DNA of 64,000 nt from Eledone cirrhosa (GCA_964016885.1 OZ024740.1:153760001-153824000); one strand, 5' to 3'; shown: positions 1 to 10,053, counted from the first letter of the stretch. Program-made: numbers and translations. The notes: a model not told the origin generated them from the sequence alone.

Positions 1-73
1 CTTATGGGGTCGATAACATAAAGTTCCAGTAATGTACTGAGTAATTGCTGGCCTTGTGCCTAAAGTAGAAACA
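1..73 (+). mobile_element. SINE 3' part (cut by the window edge)
   Basis: GGGGTCGATAACATAAAG...GTGCCTAAAGTAGAAACA. Confidence 0.8.
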
Positions 74-251
74 GTTATTTCTTTCTAGCATGTGTAGAGA
101 CTTGTCGAAAGTGGGTTTTTATCGTGGGGTTAGGGGGGGGGGGGTACAGTGAGAATAATAGAGAGAAAGAAAAAGGGAGATTATGAAATTGAACGAGAGG
201 GAGAGAGGGAGAGAGGGAGTAAGAGTGATCATTACCAATGATAAAGTAATT

Positions 252-288
252 AATAATTTAATATGCCTCATCTAATTATAGTTTAAAA
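252..288 (+). promoter_or_regulatory. Conserved tRNA leader with a TATA-like element (about -38 to -20); representative copy
   Basis: AATATGCYTYRTCTAATTATWGTTWAAA precedes essentially every full-length copy at a similar distance, on either strand. Confidence 0.55.
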
Positions 289-308
289 GGTACCTTCATA
301 ATCAGTAA

Positions 309-392
309 GTCAGGATGGCCGAGCGGTCTAAGGCGCTGCGTTCAGGTCGCAGTCGGGTTTTCCCGGCGTGGGTTCGAATCCCACTTCTGACA
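309..392 (+). tRNA. trnL-CAG: tRNA-Leu(CAG), class A (variable loop TTTT)
   Basis: GTCAGGATGGCCGAGCGGTCTAAGGCGCTGCGTTCAGGTCGCAG...GGTTCGAATCCCACTTCTGACA; 84 nt; all stems pair; A and B boxes intact; T5 downstream. Confidence 0.93.
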
Positions 393-397
393 TTACA

Positions 398-402
398 TTT
401 TT
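398..402 (+). terminator. Pol III T5 terminator of a class A gene; representative copy
   Basis: GACA-TTACA-TTTTT-G. Confidence 0.75.
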
Positions 403-472
403 GTTATTTCAATACAAACTGATGGTTTAAACCACCCTTATCTTACAGATTCATTATCTACAATTTAGTAGT

Positions 473-652
473 GGTGGTTTGGCAGTATCGGTAGAGAGTC
501 GGATGCCATGCTTCCAGCATAGTTACGCCCCTTTACGGTCTGAGTTCAAATCCAGCCGGGGTTCACTTTGCCTTTCAACCTTACGGGGTCGATAAAATAA
601 AGTACCAGTAATGTACTGGGTAATTGCTGACTTTGTGCCAAAAGTAGAAACA
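473..652 (+). mobile_element. tRNA-derived SINE (octopus-type), near full length
   Basis: A box TGGCAGTATCGG; B box GAGTTCAAATCC; central GCCTTTCAACCTTACGGGGTCGATAAAATAAAGTACC; direct repeats at 453-472 and 653-672. Confidence 0.85.
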
Positions 653-1100
653 ATTATTTACAATTTGGTAGTCAAACAGTTTTAGATTGTAAACCTAAAT
701 CAGTTAGAAGCAGTTATGAATACATTCAGTTGTTAAAGATAATGTTTCATCGTTTTTAGCCAATGTACTATCCCTTAACGTTACTAGGTGCCTTGCACAA
801 AGTTAACTTTCGATATACAAAGATACGTACAGGTCACAGCTGGAGGATATTGTATTGTAACTATTCTAGACCGGAGATGGACGTTACTGGACACAAAGAA
901 ATTACAATATACGTCTTTCATGATTTCACAAATATATTTAAAATGTTTAAGTCTATTTCAAACTTAAAGTTTCATCAAGCCCAAGCTTATCCTATATTAA
1001 CTAACGTTAGGCAAATGAGATTACAACATTCCCATCTTGACGAGACTCAAATCCGTCGGGAAATTAAGCCTCAGTTACTGCCAGTATAATTTGTTTACTA

Positions 1101-1152
1101 AAGGCGCTGCGTTCAGATCGCAGTCTTCTCGGTTCGAATCCCACTTCTGACA
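1101..1152 (+). pseudogene. tRNA-Leu fragment, class E (no A box, variable arm partly deleted)
   Basis: AAGGCGCTGCGTTCAGATCGCAGTCTTCTCGGTTCGAATCCCACTTCTGACA. Confidence 0.85.
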
Positions 1153-1446
1153 ACAATATTATCACATATAAATACGATATCGAAAGTATGATGTCTTAAA
1201 CCAATCTTCAATAGCAGAATTACTATTTACAAATTCACCAGGTCGTAGTTTATCCAATATTTACTATTAAATGAAAGTACAACGTTCCCATCTTGACGGG
1301 ACACAAATCCATCAGAAGATAGATCCCTACTTTCTCTCAATATTCGATCTTTTACAAATTTTTTGATGATGGTGTCATTATTTATTTATTTGTTTATTTA
1401 TGTGTTTATTTATTTTCATTAGTTTAATTAAGGAGCGAACCTATCG

Positions 1447-1518
1447 TTGATATCACTATGATAATTCATATTGATATCACTATGAAAATTCATATTGATA
1501 TCACTATGAAAATTCATA
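1447..1518. repeat. 24-bp minisatellite TTGATATCACTATGAWAATTCATA (copy number varies among units)
   Basis: 3 copies here, about 5 at 12737, about 7 at 45282; gives the MIIHIDIT peptide repeats in the ORF track. Confidence 0.9.
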
Positions 1519-1532
1519 CTTATTTAGTAATC

Positions 1533-1762
1533 CGAAAGAGAGAGAGAGAGAGAGAGATAGAGAGAAAGAAACAGAGATTTAGAAATATAGAGAGAGATAC
1601 AGAGGGAGAGAAAGAGAGAGTGAGAGAGAGTAATAGGGAGAGAGAGAGTGGGGAATGGAGAAAGAGAAATAGAGAGAGAGAGAGAGAGAGAAAGAGGGAG
1701 ATAGATAGATAGATAGACAGAGAGAGACAGAGAGACAGAGAAAAAGAAAGAGAGAGAGGGAG

Positions 1763-1813
<51 letters not shown>

Positions 1814-2021
1814 AAGAGAGGCAGAGGGAAACTACCACCAACGAAAAATAGTTAATATGAGAGAGAGATAGAGAGAGAGAAACAGAGATTTAGAAATATA
1901 GAGAGAGATACAGAGAGAGAGAAAGAGAGAGTGAGGGAGAGTAATAGGGAGAGAGAGAGAGTGGGGAATGGAGAAAGAGAAATAGAGAGAGATAGAGAAA
2001 GAGGGAGATAGATAGATAGAT

Positions 2022-2090
<69 letters not shown>

Positions 2091-2130
2091 TAGATAGATA
2101 GAGAGAGAGAGACAAAGAGATGCAGAGGGA
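1533..2130. repeat. Compound (GA)n/(GATA)n microsatellite upstream of a class B gene; homologous purine tracts precede most copies
   Basis: Direct reading. Confidence 0.95.
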
Positions 2131-2208
2131 AACCACTACCAACGATAAATAGTTAATAAAATATGCCTTGTCTAATTATTGTTAAAATGTTCTCCGCGAA
2201 GCTGGTGA

Positions 2209-2292
2209 GTCAGGATGGCCGAGCGGTCTAAGGCGCTGCGTTCAGGTCGCAGTCGGGTCTTCCCGACGTGGGTTCGAATCCCACTTCTGACA
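2209..2292 (+). tRNA. trnL-CAG: tRNA-Leu(CAG), class B (variable loop TCTT)
   Basis: Full cloverleaf; T4 downstream. Confidence 0.93.
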
Positions 2293-2460
2293 ATACAGTT
2301 TTGTTACTTCAATATGAAAACAACTGTTTGTTGTTTTAAACTATCCTTCTGTTAGAGAATTATTATTTAATTTTATAACCCTAATGTTTTAGATTGCAGA
2401 TCAAAATCAGTTAGAACCAGTAATGAAACAAATCATTTGTTAAAAATAATGTTAAGAATG

Positions 2461-2841
2461 AGGAATATAATAGCTGGAGAAATTCAAGCAACAATATATG
2501 CTTTGAGACGGGATAAAATATCACCCGGATTATTCATAAGTATGAATTTTCAAAGTGATATAAACGATAGTTTTGCTTCTTAAATAAACCACGAATGAGA
2601 TAACAACATTCCCATCTTGACGTGTCTCAAATCCGTCGTAAAATTAATCCACAGTTACTCTCAATTACTTATCTTTTACTAAATGATATAGGCCTGCATT
2701 ATTATTATCATTATTTATTATTATCAAATTTATCGTTGATATCATTATGAAAATTTATAATTATTAATATTTCGGATGATTTTATCCCGTCTCAAAGAAT
2801 ATATCGTACCTTGAATTCCGCCATCCATTACGTTACTCCTT
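2461..2841. repeat. Inverted repeat with about 110-bp arms, present in each unit
   Basis: TTTGAGACGGGATAAAAT at 2502-2519 and ATTTTATCCCGTCTCAAA at 2779-2796. Confidence 0.85.
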
Positions 2842-3091
2842 GTGAAGCAAATAGGAGAGTTGCTTGTTATTTCTTTCTAGCTAGTAGAGAGACCTAATGC
2901 ATAGTGGGTGTCCCGTGGGGTCAGGGAGAATACGGTGAGAATAATAGAGAGAAAGAAAGAGGGAGGATATGAGATTTAGAGGGAGAGAGAGTGAGAGAGA
3001 GAGAGAGAGATGGAGAGAGAGAGATTGAGAGAGAGAGAGAGAGAGTGAGAGAGAGAGAGTGAGAGAGAGTGAGAGAGAGAGAGAGAGAGAG

Positions 3092-3162
<71 letters not shown>

Positions 3163-3245
3163 AATCTCCACCAACGATAAATCAGGTAAACAATTTAATA
3201 TGCTTCGTGTAATTATTGTCAAAATGTTACTTCTAGATCCGGTAG

Positions 3246-3329
3246 GTCAGGATGTCAGAGCTCTCTAAGGTGTTGTGTTCAGATCACAGTCGGGTCTCCC
3301 TTCCGTGGGTTAGAATCCCACTTCTGACA
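3246..3329 (+). pseudogene. tRNA-Leu(CAG) pseudogene, class C
   Basis: 84 nt collinear; A box (ATGTCAGAGCTC) and B box (GGTTAGAAT) both mutated. Confidence 0.85.
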
Positions 3330-3661
3330 TTACTTTATTGTTATTTCAATATGAAACCAAACTGTTTGTTGGTTTAAACCATCCTTCTGTTACAGATATA
3401 TTATTTACTATTTTGTAATCTTACACATTTAGATTATAAACTAAAATCAGTTTGAACCAGTTATCAAAAAGTATATGACTGTCCTAAACCTCGAGTTTCA
3501 TCAAGCCGTAGCTTATCCTATATTAACCTTTCTACTTGTTTAGGATGAGAATGATAAAGTTAAAAAGTGAGAGAGTGTGAGTGACCACGAATGATAAAGC
3601 AAGTAATAATTTAATAAGACTCGTCTAATTGTAGTTTAAAAGTTATCCTTGCAAACAGTAA

Positions 3662-3745
3662 GTCATGATGGCCGAGCGGTGTAAGGCGCTGCGTTTAGGT
3701 CGCAGTCAGGTGTTCCAGGCGTGAGTTCGAATCCCACTTCTGACA
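3662..3745 (+). pseudogene. tRNA-Leu(TAG)-like copy, class D (anticodon-shifted)
   Basis: Anticodon loop TTTAGGT; A and B boxes near intact; acceptor, T-stem and variable-arm mismatches. Confidence 0.75.
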
Positions 3746-3977
3746 ACAGTTTGATCACATTTTAATAATATATCGAAAGTATAATCAATCTTCAGTGACA
3801 GAATTACTATTTACAAATTTATCAGGTCGTAGTTTATTCAATATTTACTACCAAATCAGAGTACCACGTTCCCATGTCGAGGGGACAGACATCCATCAGA
3901 CGATAGATCCCTACTTTCTATCAATATTCTTTTTTTTTTACAAAATTCTATAGGATGGTCTCATTATTTAATCATTT

Positions 3978-4108
3978 GTTACGTCCCTTTACGGTCTGAG
4001 TTCAAATCCCGCCGAGGTTTACTTTGACTTTCATCCTTATGGGGTCGATAACATAAAGTTCCAGTAATGTACTGAGTAATTGCTGGCCTTGTGCCTAAAG
4101 TAGAAACA
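3978..4108 (+). mobile_element. 5'-deleted SINE; also at 8039-8169, 11226-11355, 18811-18941, 26172-26302, 33688-33818, 41406-41536
   Basis: B box through 3' end of the same SINE family. Confidence 0.82.
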
Positions 4109-4347
4109 GTTATTTCTTTCTAGCATGTGTAGAGACTTGTCGAAAGTGGGTTTTTATCGTGGGGTTAGGGGGGGGGGGGTACAGTGAGAATAATAGAGAG
4201 AAAGAAAAAGGGAGATTATGAAATTGAACGAGAGAGAGGGAGAGAGGGAGAGAGGGAGTAAGAGTGATCATTACCAATGATAAAGTAATTAATAATTTAA
4301 TATGCCTCATCTAATTATAGTTTAAAAGGTACCTTCATAATCAGTAA

Positions 4348-4431
4348 GTCAGGATGGCCGAGCTGTGTAAGGCGCTGCGTTCAGGTCGCAGTCGGGTTTT
4401 CCCGGCGTGGGTTCGAATCCCACTTCTGACA
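4348..4431 (+). tRNA. trnL-CAG: tRNA-Leu(CAG), class A, D-loop GG mutated (possible pseudogene)
   Basis: Full length, but GAGCTGTGTAA replaces GAGCGGTCTAA. Confidence 0.7.
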
Positions 4432-4511
4432 TTACATTTTTGTTATTTCAATACAAACTGATGGTTTAAACCACCCTTATCTTACAGATTCATTATCTAC
4501 AATTTAGTAGT

Positions 4512-4693
4512 GGTGGTTTGGCAGTATCGGTAGAGAGTCGGATGCCATGCTTTCCAGCATAGTTACGCCCCTTTACGGTCTGAGTTCAAATCCAGCCGGG
4601 GTTCACTTTGCCTTTCAACCTTACGGGGTCGATAAAATAAAGTACCAGTAATGTACTGGCTAATTGCTGACTCTGTGCCAAAGGTAGAAAACA
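4512..4693 (+). mobile_element. SINE (same insertion, amplified with the array)
   Basis: As 473-652. Confidence 0.85.
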
Positions 4694-5141
4694 ATTATTT
4701 ACAATTTGGTAGTCAAACAGTTTTAGATTGTAAACCTAAATCAGTTAGAAGCAGTTATGAATACATTCAGTTGTTAAAGATAATGTTTTATCGTTTTTAG
4801 CCAATGTACTATCCCTTAACGTTACTAGGTGCCTTGCACAAAGTTAACTTTCGATATACAAAGATACGTACAGGTCACAGCTGGAGGATATTGTATTGTA
4901 ACTATTCTAGACCGGAGATGGACGTTACTGGACACAAAGAAATTACAATATACGTCTTTCATGATTTCACAAATATATTTAAAATGTTTAAGTCTATTTC
5001 AAACTTAAAGTTTCATCAAGCCCAAGCTTATCCTATATTAACTAACGTTAGGCAAATGAGATTACAACATTCCCATCTTGACGAGACTCAAATCCGTCGG
5101 GAAATTAAGCCTCAGTTACTGCCAGTATAATTTGTTTACTA

Positions 5142-5193
5142 AAGGCGCTGCGTTCAGATCGCAGTCTTCTCGGTTCGAATCCCACTTCTGACA
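5142..5193 (+). pseudogene. tRNA-Leu fragment, class E
   Basis: Same as 1101-1152. Confidence 0.85.
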
Positions 5194-5803
5194 ACAATAT
5201 TATCACATATAAATACGATATCGAAAGTATGATGTCTTAAACCAATCTTCAATAGCAGAATTACTATTTACAAATTCACCAGGTCGTAGTTTATCCAATA
5301 TTTACTATTAAATGAAAGTACAACGTTCCCATCTTGACGGGACACAAATCCATCAGAAGATAGATCCCTACTTTCTCTCAATATTCGATCTTTTACAAAT
5401 TTTTTGATGATGGTGTCATTATTTATTTATTTGTTTATTTATGTGTTTATTTATTTTCATTAGTTTAATTAAGGAGCGAACCTATCGTTGATATCACTAT
5501 GATAATTCATATTGATATCACTATGAAAATTCATATTGATATCACTATGAAAATTCATACTTATTTAGTAATCCGAAAGAGAGAGAGAGAGAGAGAGATA
5601 GAGAGAAAGAAACAGAGATTTAGAAATATAGAGAGAGATACAGAGGGAGAGAAAGAGAGAGTGAGAGAGAGTAATAGGGAGAGAGAGAGTGGGGAATGGA
5701 GAAAGAGAAATAGAGAGAGAGAGAGAGAGAGAAAGAGGGAGATAGATAGATAGATAGACAGAGAGAGACAGAGAGACAGAGAAAAAGAAAGAGAGAGAGG
5801 GAG

Positions 5804-5858
<55 letters not shown>

Positions 5859-6108
5859 AAGAGAGGCAGAGGGAAACTACCACCAACGAAAAATAGTTAA
5901 TATGAGAGAGAGATAGAGAGAGAGAAACAGAGATTTAGAAATATAGAGAGAGATACAGAGAGAGAGAAAGAGAGAGTGAGAGAGAGTAATAGGGAGAGAG
6001 AGAGAGTGGGGAATGGAGAAAGAGAAATAGAGAGAGATAGAGAAAGAGGGAGATAGATAGATAGATAGACAGAGAGAGAGAGAGAGAGAGAGAGAGTGAG
6101 ACAGAGAG

Positions 6109-6147
<39 letters not shown>

Positions 6148-6261
6148 TAGATAGAGAGAGAGAGACAAAGAGATGCAGAGGGAAACCACCACCAACGATA
6201 AATAGTTAATAAAATATGCCTTGTCTAATTATTGTCAAAACGTTCTCTTCGAAGCTGGTGA

Positions 6262-6345
6262 GTCAGGATGGCCGAGCGGTCTAAGGCGCTGCGTTCAGGT
6301 CGCAGTCGGGTCTTCCCGGCGTGGGTTCGAATCCCACTTCTGACA
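6262..6345 (+). tRNA. trnL-CAG: tRNA-Leu(CAG), class B
   Basis: Consensus copy. Confidence 0.94.
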
Positions 6346-7143
6346 ATACAGTTTTGTTACTTCAATATGAAAACAACTGTTTGTTGTTTTAAACTATCCT
6401 TCTGTTAGAGAATTATTATTTAATTTTATAACCCTAATGTTTTAGATTGCAGATCAAAATCAGTTAGAACCAGTAATGAAACAAATCATTTGTTAAAAAT
6501 AATGTTAAGAATGAGGAATATAATAGCTGGAGAAATTCAAGCAACAATATATGCTTTGAGACGGGATAAAATATCACCCGGATTATTCATAAGTATGAAT
6601 TTTCAAAGTGATATAAACGATAGTTTTGCTTCTTAAATAAACCACGAATGAGATTACAACATTCCCATCTTGACGTGTCTCAAATCCGTCGTAAAATTAA
6701 TCCACAGTTACTCTCAATTACTTATCTTTTACTAAATGATATAGGCCTGCATTATTATTATCATTATTTATTATTATCAAATTTATCGTTGATATCATTA
6801 TGAAAATTTATAATTATTAATATTTCGGATGATTTTATCCCGTCTCAAAGAATATATCGTACCTTGAATTCCGCCATCCATTACGTTACTCCTTGTGAAG
6901 CAAATAGGAGAGTTGCTTGTTATTTCTTTCTAGCTAGTAGAGAGACCTAATGCATAGTGGGTGTCCCGTGGGGTCAGGGAGAATACGGTGAGAATAATAG
7001 AGAGAAAGAAAGAGGGAGGATATGAGATTTAGAGGGAGAGAGAGTGAGAGAGAGAGAGAGAGATGGAGAGAGAGAGATTGAGAGAGAGAGAGAGAGAGAG
7101 TGAGAGAGAGAGAGTGAGAGAGAGTGAGAGAGAGAGAGAGAGA

Positions 7144-7223
<80 letters not shown>

Positions 7224-7306
7224 AATCTCCACCAACGATAAATCAGGTAAACAATTTAATATGCTTCGTGTAATTATTGTCAAAATGTTACTTCTAGATC
7301 CGGTAG

Positions 7307-7390
7307 GTCAGGATGTCAGAGCTCTCTAAGGTGTTGTGTTCAGATCACAGTCGGGTCTCCCTTCCGTGGGTTAGAATCCCACTTCTGACA
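7307..7390 (+). pseudogene. tRNA-Leu pseudogene, class C
   Basis: As 3246-3329. Confidence 0.85.
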
Positions 7391-7722
7391 TTACTTTATC
7401 GTTATTTCAATATGAAACCAAACTGTTTGTTGGTTTAAACCATCCTTCTGTTACAGATATATTATTTACTATTTTGTAATCTTACACATTTAGATTATAA
7501 ACTAAAATCAGTTTGAACCAGTTATCAAAAAGTATATGACTGTCCTAAACCTCGAGTTTCATCAAGCCGTAGCTTATCCTATATTAACCTTTCTACTTGT
7601 TTAGGATGAGAATGATAAAGTTAAAAAGTGAGAGAGTGTGAGTGATCACGAATGATAAAACAAGTAATAATTTAATAAGACTCGTCTAATTGTAGTTTAA
7701 AAGTTATCCTTGCAAACAGTAA

Positions 7723-7806
7723 GTCATGATGGCCGAGCGGTGTAAGGCGCTGCATTTAGGTCGCAGTCAGGTGTTCCAGGCGTGAGTTCGAATCCCACTT
7801 CTGACA
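7723..7806 (+). pseudogene. tRNA-Leu(TAG)-like copy, class D
   Basis: As 3662-3745. Confidence 0.75.
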
Positions 7807-8407
7807 ACAGTTTGATCACATTTTAATAATATATCGAAAGTATAATCAATCTTCAGTGACAGAATTACTATTTACAAATTTATCAGGTCGTAGTTTATTC
7901 AATATTTACTACCAAATCAGAGTACAACGTTCCCATGTCGAGGGGACAGACATCCATCAGACGATAGATCCCTACTTTCTATCAATATTCTTTTTTTTTT
8001 ACAAAATTCTATAGGATGGTCTCATTATTTAATCATTTGTTACGTCCCTTTACGGTCTGAGTTCAAATCCCGCCGAGGTTTACTTTGACTTTCATCCTTA
8101 TGGGGTCGATAACATAAAGTTCCAGTAATGCACTGGGTAATTGCTGGCCTTGTGCCTAAAGTAGAAACAGCTATTTCTTTCTAGCATGTGTAGAGACTTG
8201 TCGAAAGTGGGTTTTTATCGTGGGGTTAGGGGGGGGGGGTACAGTGAGAATAATAGAGAGAAAGAAAAAGGGAGATTATGAAATTGAACGAGAGAGAGGG
8301 AGAGAGGGAGAGAGGGAGTAAGAGTGATCATTACCAATGATAAAGTAATTAATAATTTAATATGCCTCATCTAATTATAGTTTAAAAGGTACCTTCATAA
8401 TCAGTAA

Positions 8408-8491
8408 GTCAGGATGGCCGAGCGGTCTAAGGCGCTGCGTTCAGGTCGCAGTCGGGTTTTCCCGGCGTGGGTTCGAATCCCACTTCTGACA
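8408..8491 (+). tRNA. trnL-CAG: tRNA-Leu(CAG), class A
   Basis: Consensus copy. Confidence 0.93.
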
Positions 8492-8571
8492 TTACATTTT
8501 TGTTATTTCAATACAAACTGATGGTTTAAACCACCCTTATCTTACAGATTCATTATCTACAATTTAGTAGT

Positions 8572-8751
8572 GGTGGTTTGGCAGTATCGGTAGAGAGTCG
8601 GATGCCATGCTTCCAGCATAGTTACGCCCCTTTACGGTCTGAGTTCAAATCCAGCCGGGGTTCACTTTGCCTTTCAACCTTACGGGGTCGATAAAATAAA
8701 GTACCAGTAATGTACTGGGTAATTGCTGACTTTGTGCCAAAGGTAGAAACA
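8572..8751 (+). mobile_element. SINE (same insertion)
   Basis: As 473-652. Confidence 0.85.
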
Positions 8752-9199
8752 TTTATTTACAATTTGGTAGTCAAACAGTTTTAGATTGTAAACCTAAATC
8801 AGTTAGAAGCAGTTATGAATACATTCAGTTGTTAAAGATAATGTTTTATCGTTTTTAGTCAATGTACTATCCCTTAACGTTACTAGGTGCCTTGCACAAA
8901 GTTAACTTTCGATATACAAAGATACGTACAGGTCACAGCTGGAGGATATTGTATTGTAACTATTCTAGACCGGAGATGAACATTACTGGACACAAAGAAA
9001 TTACAATATACGTCTTTCATGATTTCACAAATATATTTAAAATGTTTAAGTCTATTTCAAACTTAAAGTTTCATCAAGCCCAAGCTTATCCTATATTAAC
9101 TAACGTTAGGCAAATGAGATTACAACATTCCCATCTTGACGAGACTCAAATCCGTCGGGAAATTAAGCCTCAGTTACTGCCAGTATAATTTGTTTACTA

Positions 9200-9251
9200 A
9201 AGGCGCTGCGTTCAGATCGCAGTCTTCTCGGTTCGAATCCCACTTCTGACA
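9200..9251 (+). pseudogene. tRNA-Leu fragment, class E
   Basis: Same as 1101-1152. Confidence 0.85.
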
Positions 9252-9969
9252 ACACTATTATCACATATAAATACGATATCGAAAGTATGATGTCTTAAAC
9301 CAATCTTCAATAGCAGAATTACTATTTACAAATTCACCAGGTCGTAGTTTATCCAATATTTACTATTAAACGAAAGTACAACGTTCCCATCTTGACGGGA
9401 CACAAATCCATCAGAAGATAGATCCCTACTTTCTCTCAATATTCGTTTTTTTAACAAATTTTTTTACGATGGTGTCATTATTTATTTATTTGTTTATTTA
9501 TGTGTTTATTTATTTTCATTAGTTTATTTTAGGAGCGAACCTATCGTTGATATCACTGTGATAATTCATATTGATATCACTATGAAAATTCATACTTATT
9601 TACTAATCCGAAAGAGAGAGAGAGAGAGAGATAGAGAGAGAGAAACAGAGATTTAGAAATAGAGAGAGAGATACAGAGAGAGAGAAAGAGAGAGTGAGAG
9701 AGAGAGAGTAATAGGGAGAGAGAGAGTGGGGAATGGAGAAAGAGAAATAGAGAGAGAGAGAGAGAGAGAGAAAGAGGGAGATAGATATATAGATAGACAG
9801 AGAGAGAGAGACAGAGAGAAAGAAAGAGAGAGAGGGAGAGAGAAAGAGAGAGAGAGAGATAGAGAGAGAGAGAGAAAGAGAGGCAGAGGGAAACCACTAC
9901 CAACGATAAATAGTTAATAAAATATGCCTTGTCTAATTATTGTTAAAACGTTTTGCAAGAAGCTGGTGA

Positions 9970-10053
9970 GTCAGGATGGCCGAGCGGTCTAAGGCTCTGC
10001 GTTCAGGTCGCAGTCGGGTCTTCCCGGCGTGGGTTCGAATCCCACTTCTGACA
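9970..10053 (+). tRNA. trnL-CAG: tRNA-Leu(CAG), class B
   Basis: Full length; one G>T just 5' of the anticodon stem. Confidence 0.85.

Noticed and set aside
130-136. TTAGGG as a telomeric repeat
   Set aside because: Single occurrence per unit, not tandem
309-392. tRNA-Sec or another special long-arm tRNA
   Set aside because: 7-bp acceptor stem, 5-bp T stem, CAG anticodon and A73 match ordinary eukaryotic tRNA-Leu
763-1089. 108-aa ORF repeated eight times (MYYPLTLL...)
   Set aside because: No recognisable domain; lies in tRNA spacer; conserved only because the unit is duplicated; truncated to 83 aa at 26983 and 34499; changes are often non-synonymous
1458-2142. SL-, RE- and IY-rich ORFs throughout the window
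   Set aside because: Translations of (GA)n, (TC)n and (TA)n microsatellites
3662-3745. Class D as an amber suppressor tRNA
   Set aside because: The anticodon is 5'-TAG-3', which reads the Leu codon CUA; an amber suppressor needs anticodon CTA
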